In this document: positions 32,723 through 43,980 of the stretch, piece by piece
How the letters are laid out: every line of letters starts with the position of its first letter
Position numbering within the stretch: position 1 is the first letter of the stretch
Assembly: GCA_964645245.1 (NCBI GenBank)
Contig: CAZYBS010000003.1
Span: 9,366 to 73,365 of the forward strand
Length of the DNA: 64,000 bases
Origin: an uncultured Candidatus Saccharibacteria bacterium
GTDB lineage: Bacteria > Patescibacteriota > Minisyncoccia > Phycocordibacterales > UBA9973
Direction: 5' to 3'
Made by a program: the position numbers and the translations under genes
Notes under the pieces: model-generated
What the model saw: only the letters and a program-made list of their open reading frames with translations
Told to the model about the DNA's origin: nothing
Database searches by the model: none

Positions 32723-32900
32723 TGTAGGTTGAGGATGTCTAAATTTATATTTGTTGAAAAATTAAAGAAATTTTTTGTTTGTGATGTTGTATAAGATTCT
32801 AGCATATGCGGAAAAGTTGTACATTAACAGAACTGGAAAAATTTAGAGGTTGATTTTTATTGGTGTTTTTGCTTTAATTTTAAAAAGGAGGGGTTGTACC

Positions 32901-33152
32901 ATGGGATTACCACCAAAAGCTAGACTGTCCGTCGTGTTGGAGATACTAGCAGTACTATTGGCCTTGGTTACTGCTGGTGTTGTGGTAGAACACCAACACC
33001 AAGTACTGTTTTGGTGCTTGATAGGACTGAGTGTTGTACTCTTGGCGTTGGCGATCATTCTCATAGATCGGGATTGTCCTGCCGCTGAACGTGCTTCTCG
33101 GATCATGTCGAGTGATCCCGATTGCTACGATGACCATGGCCGACCAGTTTGA
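32901..33152 (+). CDS. Small two-TM membrane protein
   Basis: aaggagg SD before ATG; two hydrophobic segments; hairpin downstream. Confidence 0.55.
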   Translation: MGLPPKARLSVVLEILAVLLALVTAGVVVEHQHQVLFWCLIGLSVVLLALAIILIDRDCPAAERASRIMSSDPDCYDDHGRPV

Positions 33153-33327
33153 AATAATGAGGCCAATCGAACGGCCGGGAGAGACGCGGAAGCGATCTTC
33201 CGGCTGTTTCTCTTTTATCCCTAAGTGTGCTTGACAAAATAAAGTAAAAAGAGTAGGCTGTTTGAGATTCATTGATTGAGTACTGGATGCAATCTTATTT
33301 GTATTACAAGGATTAAACTCAATCAAT

Positions 33328-36300
33328 ATGCATATAGAAAAAGCTCGGCCGAAGAAATATTTTTCAAGATATAAAAAGCCTCTAGTAGAATTTCCCAATT
33401 TGATTGAAGCTCAAGTCAAAAGTTTCAAGTGGCTGATGGAGCAGGGTATCGGCGAAGTTTTTAAGGAATTTTCTCCAATCTCCGATTACTCCGGAAAAAA
33501 ATTTCAATTGGATTTTACCTCGTTTTCACTAAGTGAGTGCAAGTACGACGAGAATAATGCTAAAATAAATAAACTTTCATATCAAGGGCTTTTGAAGGCT
33601 CGGGTAAAATTGACAAATAAAATTCTGGGCACCGCGAAAGAACAGGAGATTTTCATGTCGGAGTTTCCCTTGATGACCTCGCATGGGACTTTTATTATCA
33701 ACGGCGTAGAGCGCGTTATCGTGCCGCAGCTGGCTAGGAGTTTCGGAGTTTTCTTTACCGAGTCTGAAAATAAGGGTAATAGATATTTTGGAGCTAAAAT
33801 TATTCCAGCCCGTGGAGTTTGGATTGAAATAGAGTCAGAAGCGGATGGAGCGATTTACATCAGAATAGACAAAAAAAGAAAATTCCCCGCGACCGCGCTG
33901 CTTCGGGCTATGGGTTATGAAAATAATGAGGCTATCTTGAAAGCTTTTTCCGCCAAAGGCGCCACGCCTGCCGGCGGGCAGGGACCAGCCTCCCCGGCCT
34001 CGCCAAGCGAAGCGGGGCGGGCGGGCTGGGAAGAAACAATAAAAACTTGTTTGGCCAAAGATGGAGTCAAGAGTTTAAATGACTCGTATATTGAAATTTA
34101 CAAACGCCTCCGAGATGGTGATATGGCGACAGCTGATAATGCCAAAGAGTTCATCAACTCTTTGTTTACCGCGGAGCGCTACGATCTTTCTCCAGTCGGT
34201 CGCTTTAGGTTTAATCAGAGATTTAACAATGCCATGGACGAAGCGGCGCTCGCCCGCAGAACTATTTTCAAAGAAGATTTAGTGACGGTGATTATGAATA
34301 TCATTATTTTAAATAATACTCCGGGAGCCAAGTCTGATGACATAGATCATTTGGGTCAGAGGCGCGTGCGATTCGTCGGCGAAATACTTCAGCAGAAAGT
34401 GCGCACTGGCATGATGCAAATCAAGAGAAATATCCAAGACCGCATGTCTATTATTGACGTTGATACCGCCATGCCTATCGCTATTATCAATCAACGTCCG
34501 CTGCAAGCTCGCATCAAAGAATTTTTCACTACCAACCAACTTTCACAATTTATGGCGCAAGAAAATGTGCTTTACGAAATAGAGCATTTACGTACTCTCT
34601 CCGCTTTGGGACCTGGAGGACTGACCCGCGAGCGCGCGGGGCTGGAAGTTCGCGATGTGCATCCTTCCCACTATGGGAGAGTTTGCCCGATTCATACTCC
34701 GGAAGGCCCGAACATCGGACTTATTTTACACCTTTCCACCTATGCGAAAATAAATGAATTTGGAATTATTGAAACTCCGTATATGAAAGTTAAAAATGGC
34801 AAGCTGACTGGCGAAGTAGTTTACTTAAATGCACTGGAGGAGGAAAAATATAACATTGCCCATGCCGGAATTCCTTATGATGGAAATGGAAAAATAAATG
34901 AAGAAAAAGTGGAGGCTAGGATTAAAACAGAACCGGGCACTATTTCTCGAAATGAAGTTGATTTTATTGATGTTGCCGCCAACCAAGGTTTTTCTATAGC
35001 AACTTCTATGATTCCTTTCCTAGAACACAATGATGCCAATAGGGCCTTGATGGGAAGCAATATGCAAAAACAAGCCGTGCCTTGCGTACTGCCGGAAGCG
35101 CCATTGGTGGCAACCGGTATTGAAGAACTAGCATCACGAGATTCAGGCAGACTGGTCATAGCGCAAGAGGATGGCATTGTTTCATATTTAGATGCAAAAA
35201 AAATAATCGTTAAGGGAAAATCACCTGCCCGCAATGCTTCGCATAGCGATGCAGGCGGGGAGAAAACTTACCCACTCATAAACTTTATGAGGAATAACAA
35301 CTTTGCCGTATTTCATCAGCGTCCAGCCGTCAATGTTGGCCAAAAGATAAAGAAGGGTGAGGTGTTGGCAGATACTAGTAGTACGGTGGCTGGGCAGATT
35401 TCACTGGGGCAGAATATTTTTGTGGCTTTTTTATCTTGGTCCGGATCAAACTATGAGGATGCGATAATTATTTCTGAGCGTCTGGTGAAAAAGAGCAAAT
35501 TTACCAGTGTTTATGTTGAGGAATTTGTTTGTGTAGTTCGTGATACTAAACTCGGGCCGGAAATTACTACTCGTGATATACCGAATGTTGGAGAACTCAA
35601 GCTTAAAGACTTGGATGAAGATGGTATCGTTCGGATTGGGGCGGAAGTCAGGGAAAATGATATTTTAGTCGGTAAAATTACTCCAAAGGGCGAAACTGAA
35701 TTAACTCCGGAAGAGCGGCTATTGCGTTCAATTTTTGCCGAAAAAGCGCGTGATGTGAAAGATACATCACTTAGAATGGAACACGGCAAGCGCGGGCGCA
35801 TCATTGGTATAAAGATTTTCTCCCGTGACCTTGGACACTCACTGGAAGCGGGAATTATTAAAAAAATTGTGATTGAAGTCGCGCAAATCCGCAATATTTC
35901 AGTTGGAGACAAACTTTCCGGACGACATGGGAATAAGGGCGTTATTTCAACAATTCTGCCGGAAGAAGATATGCCTTATACCGCAGATGGTACACCAGTT
36001 GATATTATACTCTCGCCCTTGGGCATTCCTTCTCGTATGAACTTAGGACAAATTTTGGAAATGCATCTTGGTATGGCAGCTAACAGTCTTGGTTATCAAG
36101 CCATTGTTCCGCCATTTTTAGGAGCTAAGCATGAAGAAATTAAAGAAGAGTTGGAAAAAGCCGGACTTCCAGAAAATGGCAAGTTAAAACTTTTTGATGG
36201 ACGCACCGGGGAAGCCTTTCAGCAAGATGTCGCTGTCGGCTACATGTATATGTTGAAGCTTCATCACATGGTAGAAGACAAAATTCATATGCGTTCAATC

Positions 36301-36591
36301 GGGCCTTATTCGCTGATTACTCAGCAGCCTCTTGGTGGAAAAGCTCAAGGGGGGGGTCAGCGATTCGGAGAAATGGAAGTCTGGGCATTGGAAGGCTATG
36401 GCGCGGCTTATACCTTGCGGGAAATGCTGACCATCAAGTCTGATGACATATTAGGCCGGTCTCAAACCTTTGATTCCATTATTAAAAATGAAACGATTAG
36501 ACCGCCCAATTCTCCAGCCTCGTTTAATGTCTTGCTCAATTATTTAAGAGGACTGGCACTGGATGTGAATTTGAAAAAAGAAAAAATATGA
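33328..36591 (+). CDS. rpoB: RNA polymerase beta subunit
   Basis: FIINGVERVIV, GPGGLTRERA, GDKLSGRHGNKG, GGQRFGEMEVWALE. Confidence 0.98.
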   Translation: MHIEKARPKKYFSRYKKPLVEFPNLIEAQVKSFKWLMEQGIGEVFKEFSPISDYSGKKFQLDFTSFSLSECKYDENNAKINKLSYQGLLKARVKLTNKILGTAKEQEIFMSEFPLMTSHGTFIINGVERVIVPQLARSFGVFFTESENKGNRYFGAKIIPARGVWIEIESEADGAIYIRIDKKRKFPATALLRAMGYENNEAILKAFSAKGATPAGGQGPASPASPSEAGRAGWEETIKTCLAKDGVKSLNDSYIEIYKRLRDGDMATADNAKEFINSLFTAERYDLSPVGRFRFNQRFNNAMDEAALARRTIFKEDLVTVIMNIIILNNTPGAKSDDIDHLGQRRVRFVGEILQQKVRTGMMQIKRNIQDRMSIIDVDTAMPIAIINQRPLQARIKEFFTTNQLSQFMAQENVLYEIEHLRTLSALGPGGLTRERAGLEVRDVHPSHYGRVCPIHTPEGPNIGLILHLSTYAKINEFGIIETPYMKVKNGKLTGEVVYLNALEEEKYNIAHAGIPYDGNGKINEEKVEARIKTEPGTISRNEVDFIDVAANQGFSIATSMIPFLEHNDANRALMGSNMQKQAVPCVLPEAPLVATGIEELASRDSGRLVIAQEDGIVSYLDAKKIIVKGKSPARNASHSDAGGEKTYPLINFMRNNNFAVFHQRPAVNVGQKIKKGEVLADTSSTVAGQISLGQNIFVAFLSWSGSNYEDAIIISERLVKKSKFTSVYVEEFVCVVRDTKLGPEITTRDIPNVGELKLKDLDEDGIVRIGAEVRENDILVGKITPKGETELTPEERLLRSIFAEKARDVKDTSLRMEHGKRGRIIGIKIFSRDLGHSLEAGIIKKIVIEVAQIRNISVGDKLSGRHGNKGVISTILPEEDMPYTADGTPVDIILSPLGIPSRMNLGQILEMHLGMAANSLGYQAIVPPFLGAKHEEIKEELEKAGLPENGKLKLFDGRTGEAFQQDVAVGYMYMLKLHHMVEDKIHMRSIGPYSLITQQPLGGKAQGGGQRFGEMEVWALEGYGAAYTLREMLTIKSDDILGRSQTFDSIIKNETIRPPNSPASFNVLLNYLRGLALDVNLKKEKI
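33949..34029. repeat. 81-bp nested triple insertion in rpoB
   Basis: 30-bp double-hairpin host plus 21-bp and 30-bp guest palindromes; encodes SAKGATPAGGQGPASPASPSEAGRAGW. Confidence 0.85.
35224..35259. repeat. 36-bp CCTGCC...GGCGGG insertion in rpoB (PARNASHSDAGG)
   Basis: cctgcccgcaatgcttcgcatagcgatgcaggcggg; sister of the rpoC element. Confidence 0.85.
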
Positions 36592-39500
36592 AAACTTTAA
36601 ACACAACTGAATTTGATCACATCGCGCTTCGGCTGGCTTCACCGGAGCAGATAAAAGAATGGTCTTTTGGAGAAGTTACTAAGCCGGAGACGATAAATTA
36701 CCGTACTGGCCGGTCCGAGCGTGGAGGTCTTTTTGATGAAAAAATATTCGGACCGGAAAAAGATTACGAATGTTATTGCGGGAAGTATCGCCGAATCCGT
36801 TATAAAGATATTATTTGCGAGAAATGCGGAGTGGAAGTCACTCGCTCTATCGTGCGCCGGGAGCGAATGGGGCACATTGAGCTTTCTACCCCGGTGTCGC
36901 ATATTTGGTTCTTGCGCGGGGTACCTTCTCGAATGAGCATCTTGCTTAATATATCTGTTTCGGATTTGGAAAAGGTAATATATTTTGCCGGCTATATAAT
37001 TACCAAGGTTCACGTCGATGAGAAAGAAAAACTTGTTGCCAATTTAGACAAAGAATATAAAGCTAAATTAAAAAATGCGGCTGATGACGATACCCGGGAG
37101 AAATTGAAAAACTTACTTTCTGTCACTAAAAAAGAAATTGGAGAAATTTATGAGGGAAAAGTCTTGAATGAAATTTCTTTTCACCATTATTCCTTGAAAT
37201 ACGGAACTTGTTTTGAAGCCAACATTGGCGCCGAAGCTATCTACTCTATCTTTAAAAATTTAGACTTAAATAAATTAAAAGTGCATACCGAGAAAATGAT
37301 CGAAAAGACTAGTATGGCTGAAAAAGAGAAGTTACAAAAAAGACTCTCTCTGATTCGCGCTATGACTTATGCCGGAATTCGACCGGAATGGATGTTTTTA
37401 ACTGTTATTCCGGTTATTCCGCCAGTGCTCCGTCCGATGGTGGCTCTGGATGGAGGCCGGCATGCGACCAGCGACTTAAATGATCTTTATCGCCGAGTTA
37501 TCAATAGAAATAACCGATTGAAGAAGCTGAAAGAAATTAATGCTCCAGACGTAATCTTGCGAAATGAGAAAAGAATTATTCAGGAAGCAGTCGATGCGCT
37601 GATTGATAACTCAATTGCCAAACAAAATGACAGCGCCGCGATGAGTCAGTCTCAGAAGCGTCCGCTTAAATCACTCTCCGATAATCTAAAATCTAAACAG
37701 GGCCTTTTCCGCCAGAATTTGCTCGGCAAGCGCGTGGATTACTCAGGTCGCTCGGTTATTGTTGTCGGGCCAGAGCTGAAGCTTAATCAATGCGGATTGC
37801 CAAAACATATGGCGCTGGAACTTTTCCGGCCGTTTGTGATTTCCAGAATTTTACAGGCCGAACTGGCCTTCAATATTCGCGGAGCCAACAAGCTTATAGA
37901 AGAACGTACTGGAGAAGTCTGGGCGATACTGGAAGAGGTTATTGCCGGGAAATATGTTCTTTTGAACCGCGCGCCGACTCTGCACCGCTTGGGTATTCAA
38001 GCTTTTAATCCGATTTTAATTGAAGGAAATGCCATTCAGGTCCACCCTCTTGTTTGTCAGGCTTTCAATGCCGACTTTGACGGAGACCAAATGGCGGTCT
38101 ATGTTCCTCTGCTAGAGGAAGCGCAATGGGAAGCGAAGGAATTGATGGCCGCCAATAAAAATTTGCTCAAACCGCAAAATGGAGATCCAATAGTAAATCC
38201 TAGCCGGGATATAGTGCTGGGGAGCTATTGGATGACTAAATCAATTAATGGAGAAGAAGGCGAAGGCAAATATTTTCCCAATCCCAATACTGCTATTCTG
38301 GCTCATGAATATGGAATTGTGTCTCTGCGCGCTAAAATAAAAGTTCTGGCAACAGACTCGCATAAATATGAAAAATTTAATGGAGGAATTTTTGAAACCT
38401 CGGTTGGTCGGCTTCTCTTTAACAGTATTTTGCCGAATGATTTCTCTTATGTGAATGATGAAATGACTCAAAAAAGACTGTCTTCACTTTTTGATGAGCT
38501 TATTTTACACTGTGGTGTGGACAATACCCCTCCTATCTTGGATAAGATCAAAGCTTTCGGCTTCAAGTACTCTACTGTCTCTGGTATCACTTGGGGACTG
38601 GACAATGTGAAGGTGCCTGCCGAGAAAGTAAAAATCATCGCCGAGAGCAGAAAATTGGAAGAAGAAACTATAGCTCAATGGAGCGAGGGTTTACTTTCGG
38701 AAGAAGAGAGATATCAGAAAATTATTGAAATTTGGACGCACGCCAAGAAGGATTTGGAAAAAGTTCTACCTAATACACTAGACAAAAATGGTTCTACTTA
38801 CGATATATTTACGTCAAGTGCTAGAGGCTCAATCGGTCAGCTTATTCAGATGGCTGGCATGAAAGGCTTGATCCAAAACAACCAGGGTAAGACTCTGGAA
38901 TTTCCTATTATTCCTTCTTACCAGGAAGGACTTTCTCCAATTGAATATTTCGTTACCACTCATGGTGCCCGTAAGGGTGCGTCAGATACTGCGCTCAACA
39001 CCGCTAAAGCCGGATATCTAACCCGAAGATTGGTTGATGTTGCGCAGGATGTAGTTATTACCGAAGAGGATTGCGGCACTAAGGAAGGTAAAATGGTTAC
39101 CAGAGAAAATATTTCTGGAATTGAAATTCCGCTTTCAAAAAATGTTCGCGGGCGGGTGCTGGCTGGTGATCTTAAAGTAAATGGCAAGGTGGTTTATAAG
39201 AAAGGATTTTTAGTTACCAAAGAGGAAGCTTACAATATTGAGGGAGCAGGTTTTACCGAAGTATTCGTTCGTTCTCCTCTTACCTGTCACACTGTTCATG
39301 GCCTTTGCGTCAACTGTTATGGACTGGACTTAGGGAGAAATCATTTAGTAGAGCTGGGTGAGGCCGTTGGTATTATTGCGGCTCAGGCCATCGGAGAGCC
39401 GGGCACTCAGCTTACGCTCCGCACCTTTCATGCTGGAGGGGTGGCTGGTACTGATATTACCACCGGGCTGCCACGTGTTGAAGAGATATTTGAAAGAAGA

Positions 39501-40208
39501 ATTCCGAAAAATCCGGCAATTATTTCTGAGACTGACGGGGAAATAATTTCTATCACAGCTAAAGATGGAAAGCCCGCCCGCAATGCTTTCAGCATAGCTG
39601 ATGCAGGCAGGGAAAAAATAATTAAAGTGCTCTCTGATACTAAAATTGACAGTAAGCCAAACGAAATAGAATATCTTATGGCTTTTCGCAGAATGCCGAT
39701 AGTTAAAGTAGGCGACCGTGTTAAGAAAGGGGACCTTTTAACTGATGGGTCTGCCGACATCGCTGAAATCTTTAAACTTGGGAATAAAGAATTAGTTGAA
39801 GAATATATAATTCGAGAAATAAACAAAGTTTACGAGCTGCAGAGCGCTTCAATTTCCAGAAAGCATACAGAAATAATTATTCGTCAGATGTTTTCGCGCA
39901 GAAAAATAAAAGACGCGGGCGAGACCAATTTTTCTATCAGTGATATCGTAGAAAATACCGCATTTATTGAAGAAAACTCCAGGATTGGACAATTAAGTGG
40001 AAAAGAGGCAAAAGCGGAGACAGTGGTGCTAGGTATTACAGAAGTGTCGCTGCGCACTAAAAGTTGGCTCTCGGCTGCATCGTTCCAAAATACTAACCGC
40101 GTTCTGATTGAAAACGCCATCAAGGGCGGAGTGGACTCTCTCCGAGGACTTAAAGAAAATGTTATAATTGGACGATTAATCCCAGCCGGGACCGGATTTA
40201 AAAAATAA
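36588..40208 (+). CDS. rpoC: RNA polymerase beta' subunit
   Basis: [50 protein letters not shown]. Confidence 0.98.
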   Translation: MKTLNTTEFDHIALRLASPEQIKEWSFGEVTKPETINYRTGRSERGGLFDEKIFGPEKDYECYCGKYRRIRYKDIICEKCGVEVTRSIVRRERMGHIELSTPVSHIWFLRGVPSRMSILLNISVSDLEKVIYFAGYIITKVHVDEKEKLVANLDKEYKAKLKNAADDDTREKLKNLLSVTKKEIGEIYEGKVLNEISFHHYSLKYGTCFEANIGAEAIYSIFKNLDLNKLKVHTEKMIEKTSMAEKEKLQKRLSLIRAMTYAGIRPEWMFLTVIPVIPPVLRPMVALDGGRHATSDLNDLYRRVINRNNRLKKLKEINAPDVILRNEKRIIQEAVDALIDNSIAKQNDSAAMSQSQKRPLKSLSDNLKSKQGLFRQNLLGKRVDYSGRSVIVVGPELKLNQCGLPKHMALELFRPFVISRILQAELAFNIRGANKLIEERTGEVWAILEEVIAGKYVLLNRAPTLHRLGIQAFNPILIEGNAIQVHPLVCQAFNADFDGDQMAVYVPLLEEAQWEAKELMAANKNLLKPQNGDPIVNPSRDIVLGSYWMTKSINGEEGEGKYFPNPNTAILAHEYGIVSLRAKIKVLATDSHKYEKFNGGIFETSVGRLLFNSILPNDFSYVNDEMTQKRLSSLFDELILHCGVDNTPPILDKIKAFGFKYSTVSGITWGLDNVKVPAEKVKIIAESRKLEEETIAQWSEGLLSEEERYQKIIEIWTHAKKDLEKVLPNTLDKNGSTYDIFTSSARGSIGQLIQMAGMKGLIQNNQGKTLEFPIIPSYQEGLSPIEYFVTTHGARKGASDTALNTAKAGYLTRRLVDVAQDVVITEEDCGTKEGKMVTRENISGIEIPLSKNVRGRVLAGDLKVNGKVVYKKGFLVTKEEAYNIEGAGFTEVFVRSPLTCHTVHGLCVNCYGLDLGRNHLVELGEAVGIIAAQAIGEPGTQLTLRTFHAGGVAGTDITTGLPRVEEIFERRIPKNPAIISETDGEIISITAKDGKPARNAFSIADAGREKIIKVLSDTKIDSKPNEIEYLMAFRRMPIVKVGDRVKKGDLLTDGSADIAEIFKLGNKELVEEYIIREINKVYELQSASISRKHTEIIIRQMFSRRKIKDAGETNFSISDIVENTAFIEENSRIGQLSGKEAKAETVVLGITEVSLRTKSWLSAASFQNTNRVLIENAIKGGVDSLRGLKENVIIGRLIPAGTGFKK
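39573..39611. repeat. 39-bp CCCGCC...GGCAGG insertion in rpoC ([13 protein letters not shown])
   Basis: cccgcccgcaatgctttcagcatagctgatgcaggcagg. Confidence 0.85.
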
Positions 40209-40214
40209 ATTTTT

Positions 40215-41987
40215 ATGAACTCTCCCGTTGATAAAATTAAGGAGAGGCTTTCAATCGAAGAAATAGTCTCTTCTTACATAAAACTAGATCGGGCAGGCAC
40301 GAACTTGAAAGCCAAGTGTCCATTTCACAATGAAAAGACACCGTCTTTTTTCGTCTCGCCTAACCGCGGGAGTTATTATTGCTTCGGCTGTGGAGCCAGT
40401 GGTGATATTTTCACTTTCATAGAAGAATTTGAAGGACTTGATTTTAAGGGCGCGCTTAAATTTCTAGCAAATAAGGCAGGAGTTCCGCTTGATTATTACA
40501 ATAAAGAGGAAGAGAGTGAAAAAGAGAGATTATACAGGGCAATAGAAGAGTCAACTGTTTATTTTTCTAATAATTTACTGCAAAATGTTGAAGTACTAGA
40601 ATATTTAAAATCTCGCGGATTAACCGATAGGAGCATAAAGGATTTCAGAATCGGATATGCCCTGCCAGATTGGCGTAAACTCTATGATTACTTAAAGTTT
40701 AAAAATTTTACTGACAATGAAATGGAGCATGCCGGTCTCGTCAAAAAGCCAGATGATACAAATAAATCAATGTACGACAGATTTCGTGGACGCATCATAT
40801 TTCCGATTTCTGATTCCAGCGGTCGCATCATAGCTTTCACAGGGCGAATTTTCCCTGCCTCCGCCGAAGGCGGATCCGCCTCCCCGGCCTCGCCAAGCGA
40901 AGCGGGGCGGGCTGGCGGAAAATATCTAAACAGTCCAGATACTATAATTTTCAGCAAGTCCGCGGTGCTTTATGGATTAGATAAGGCTAAAGAATCAATT
41001 CGCAAGAATAATTTTTCTATTTTAGTTGAAGGTCAGATGGATTTGGTATTATCACATCAAGCGGGATATAAAAATACGGTTGCAACATCTGGCACGGCTT
41101 TGTCCGACTCGACGGTTTCGAAAGAAAATGTTATTTCCAACTTAGGACTTATTCGTCGTCTTTCTCCAAATATTGTGTTAGCATTTGACGCAGATAAAGC
41201 AGGATTTAATGCCTCAAATAGAGCCGGCAGGATTGCTTTATCTCTGGGCATGGATGTGAAAGTAGCATTTATGCCCGAGGGCATGGATCCGGCTGACTTG
41301 ATTTCTCAAAATGGTTCTCTTGCTGGTCCGGATGCCTGGCGTCTTGCCATTAGAAATTCCAAACATATAATAGAATTTCTTTTAGAAAAAGTCTTAAAGG
41401 ATTCTGGAGGCGATACGCGCAAGGCCGGAAGGGGAATAAAAGAAAAAATATTGCCTTATGTAGACGCGCTTGAGAGTTCAATAGAAAAAATGCATTTTAT
41501 AAAAAAAATAAGCGATGCTTCGGGAATTCCGGAAAGTGCTCTTAAAGATGATTTAAAGACAATTGAACAAGAATTGAAATATGAAACAGAAGAAACAGAA
41601 ACTGCTAAAGAAAATGTGGAGAAAAAATTTAGAAAAGACCCAATTGAACGCAGGCTTTTAGGAATAGCTTTTTGGCAAGAGAGTATGCAAAATAGAACCA
41701 TAGACCCAGAACTTATTTTTAAAAAATTAGATAAAGTAAAAAAAGTTTACGAAGATATAAAAGAAGATCTAATTTACGAGGCAGAAGTATTTTATTCTAA
41801 TAGTGAAAATTTACAAAAAGACGTAAATGAGATGTTGCTGAATATTGAAGAAGAGTATTTAAATGAAGAACTTGTTAAAAAAATGATAGAACTTAAGAAT
41901 CTAAAAGATAAAAAAGAAGAAATAGAAATTTTAAAAAAGATAAACGAAATAAATAAAAGAAAAGAAGAAATTAAAAATAATCGTTAA
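40215..41987 (+). CDS. dnaG: DNA primase
   Basis: CPFHNEKTPSF...CFGC, DRFRGRIIFP, KYLNSP, VEGQMD, FDADKAG. Confidence 0.96.
   Translation: MNSPVDKIKERLSIEEIVSSYIKLDRAGTNLKAKCPFHNEKTPSFFVSPNRGSYYCFGCGASGDIFTFIEEFEGLDFKGALKFLANKAGVPLDYYNKEEESEKERLYRAIEESTVYFSNNLLQNVEVLEYLKSRGLTDRSIKDFRIGYALPDWRKLYDYLKFKNFTDNEMEHAGLVKKPDDTNKSMYDRFRGRIIFPISDSSGRIIAFTGRIFPASAEGGSASPASPSEAGRAGGKYLNSPDTIIFSKSAVLYGLDKAKESIRKNNFSILVEGQMDLVLSHQAGYKNTVATSGTALSDSTVSKENVISNLGLIRRLSPNIVLAFDADKAGFNASNRAGRIALSLGMDVKVAFMPEGMDPADLISQNGSLAGPDAWRLAIRNSKHIIEFLLEKVLKDSGGDTRKAGRGIKEKILPYVDALESSIEKMHFIKKISDASGIPESALKDDLKTIEQELKYETEETETAKENVEKKFRKDPIERRLLGIAFWQESMQNRTIDPELIFKKLDKVKKVYEDIKEDLIYEAEVFYSNSENLQKDVNEMLLNIEEEYLNEELVKKMIELKNLKDKKEEIEILKKINEINKRKEEIKNNR
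40860..40919. repeat. 60-bp nested insertion in dnaG
   Basis: Host tccgccgaaggcggatccgcctc|tggcgga with the same 30-bp guest found in rpoB. Confidence 0.85.
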
Positions 41988-41997
41988 TTAAAAAAGT

Positions 41998-43194
41998 ATG
42001 AAAAAGAAAAACAAAAAATTAAATAGAAAAAGAAAAAAGCTTAAAATCAAAAAAATAAAGAGAATTAAGAAAAAAATTTTAAAGAAAAAAGCTGTCAAAA
42101 AAATAAAAAAATTATCTTCAATTGGGAAAAAAGCGGAAAGTTTAGCTCGCATTTCCAGTGAGCTTATAGAAAAAGGACGCAAAAGGGGATTTATTACTTA
42201 TGATGAAATATTAAAAACTTTCCCTGACATTGAAAATAATATTCTATTTTTAGACGAACTTTATGAGAAATTTGGAATTGCCGGGATTGATGTGCTAGAA
42301 GGCGGAAATTTGCTTAATCTTGATATTGATTTGACTGATAAAGATTTAAATAAATCGAGCATGCATGATTCTATCCAAATGTATCTTAAGGAAATAGGTC
42401 AGTATCCGCTGATTCATGCGGGTGATGAAAAGGAACTTGCCAAACGCATTGAGCATGGCGATTTAGAAGCGAAAAATTTGCTGGCGCGCGCCAACTTGCG
42501 TCTGGTCGTTTCAATTGCTAAAAAATATGTGGGCAGGTCCGCCAATTTGACTCTGTTGGATTTAATTCAGGAAGGTAATTTAGGATTATTCAAGGCAGTT
42601 GAAAAATTTGATTGGACTAAAGGATATAAATTCTCTACTTATGCGACTTGGTGGATTCGCCAGTCTATTACTCGCGCGCTGGCTGACCAGTCCAGAACTA
42701 TTCGCATACCAGTGCATATGGTGGAGACAATTTCTAAATATAAACAAACGCATCGCAGACTTAGCCAGGATTTAGGCCGAGAGCCATTGGCCGAAGAAAT
42801 TGCCACGGAAATGGGTATTCCGGTGGAAAAAATCCATGTAATTGAAAACATTTCGCAAGAGACAGTTTCGTTGGAACAGCCCGTCGGGGACGATGATGAT
42901 AAGTCAACCCTGGAAAACTTTATTCCAGATGATAAAATTTTACGTCCAGACCAAGAGTCTTCCCGCCGAATTCTCTCAGATCAAATTCGCGAAGTTTTGA
43001 ATGAGCTCAATCCCAAGGAGCGCAAAATACTGGAGATGCGTTATGGATTACTAGATGGTATTCAACACACCCTGGAGCGAGTAGGCGAAGAATTTGGCGT
43101 GACTCGTGAGCGTATTCGTCAAATCGAAGCGAAAGTGCACGAAAAACTCCGCCAGCACGAAAAAATCTCCCGCTTAAAGAGCCACTTTGACTAG
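41998..43194 (+). CDS. rpoD: Primary sigma factor RpoD
   Basis: [56 protein letters not shown]. Confidence 0.96.
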   Translation: MKKKNKKLNRKRKKLKIKKIKRIKKKILKKKAVKKIKKLSSIGKKAESLARISSELIEKGRKRGFITYDEILKTFPDIENNILFLDELYEKFGIAGIDVLEGGNLLNLDIDLTDKDLNKSSMHDSIQMYLKEIGQYPLIHAGDEKELAKRIEHGDLEAKNLLARANLRLVVSIAKKYVGRSANLTLLDLIQEGNLGLFKAVEKFDWTKGYKFSTYATWWIRQSITRALADQSRTIRIPVHMVETISKYKQTHRRLSQDLGREPLAEEIATEMGIPVEKIHVIENISQETVSLEQPVGDDDDKSTLENFIPDDKILRPDQESSRRILSDQIREVLNELNPKERKILEMRYGLLDGIQHTLERVGEEFGVTRERIRQIEAKVHEKLRQHEKISRLKSHFD

Positions 43195-43918
43195 TTTTCA
43201 ACAAACCCAGCAAATCCAGCAAGAAATCCAGCAAGGGTAGTCCTTGCTGGACTATAGTGTTGACGAAATATTTCTTCTTGTGTTTTGAAATCTAATTTCA
43301 CGTTTTTTATATATTCTGGGATAAAAGAAAAGTCAATAATGCTTGATTCTGGCCGATTATTTTTTAGAAAATCTGGATAACTTGATAATTGATATTTTTT
43401 TAAAAATTCTTCGGCTTCTTTTTTATTTTTTATACCTGTTTCTTTCCATTTTCCATCTAAGATTGAAAGAGGATTAAGATGCAAGTATGAAAATATATAC
43501 ATATATTGCGCTTCATTGTTTAAGTGCTCGGATCGAAATGGATGTGTAAATAGAGGACCGCTACGCTCGTATTTTGTGTTGAAATACATTGAATATGCAG
43601 TCAGAAGTTTACCCATAAATTTACTTATACCGCCCTCGGTATGCTCATATAAAATCAAATGAAAATGATTTGGCATTAGACAATAACCTAAAATTGAAAC
43701 CAAGGCTTTCTCTCTTTCTTCTTTAAAAATTTCTCTAAGCTGATTTTTATTTTTTTGTAAAAAATTATCCATTCTAAACGATACGTCTTGATTCATAATA
43801 TACAAAAGAGCCACGAAACGACTATAGTCCCTTGCGTTCAAAAATATCTTGCGTTTTTCTACGCCGCGAGAATAAATGTGGTAATGTTCATTTTCCGCAA
43901 ATGGGGTTTTTCGATACA
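43191..43918 (-). mobile_element. REP-associated HUH/Y1 tyrosine transposase (RAYT-like)
   Basis: YHIYSRGVEKRKIF, YCLMPNHFHL, YFNTKYERSGPLF, YLHLNP; flanking palindromes. Confidence 0.85.
43227..43251. repeat. REP copy at the 3' end of RAYT-1
   Basis: tccagcaagggtagtccttgctgga, preceded by two extra ccagcaa half-sites. Confidence 0.85.
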
Positions 43919-43946
43919 TTCCTAGATTGTATAACAAAATCGAAAC

Positions 43947-43971
43947 TCCAGCAAGGACTACCCTTGCTGAA
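43947..43971. repeat. REP copy upstream of RAYT-1 (inverted)
   Basis: tccagcaaggactacccttgctgaa is the reverse complement of 43227-43251 with one mismatch. Confidence 0.85.
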
Positions 43972-43980
43972 TTGCTTTAA

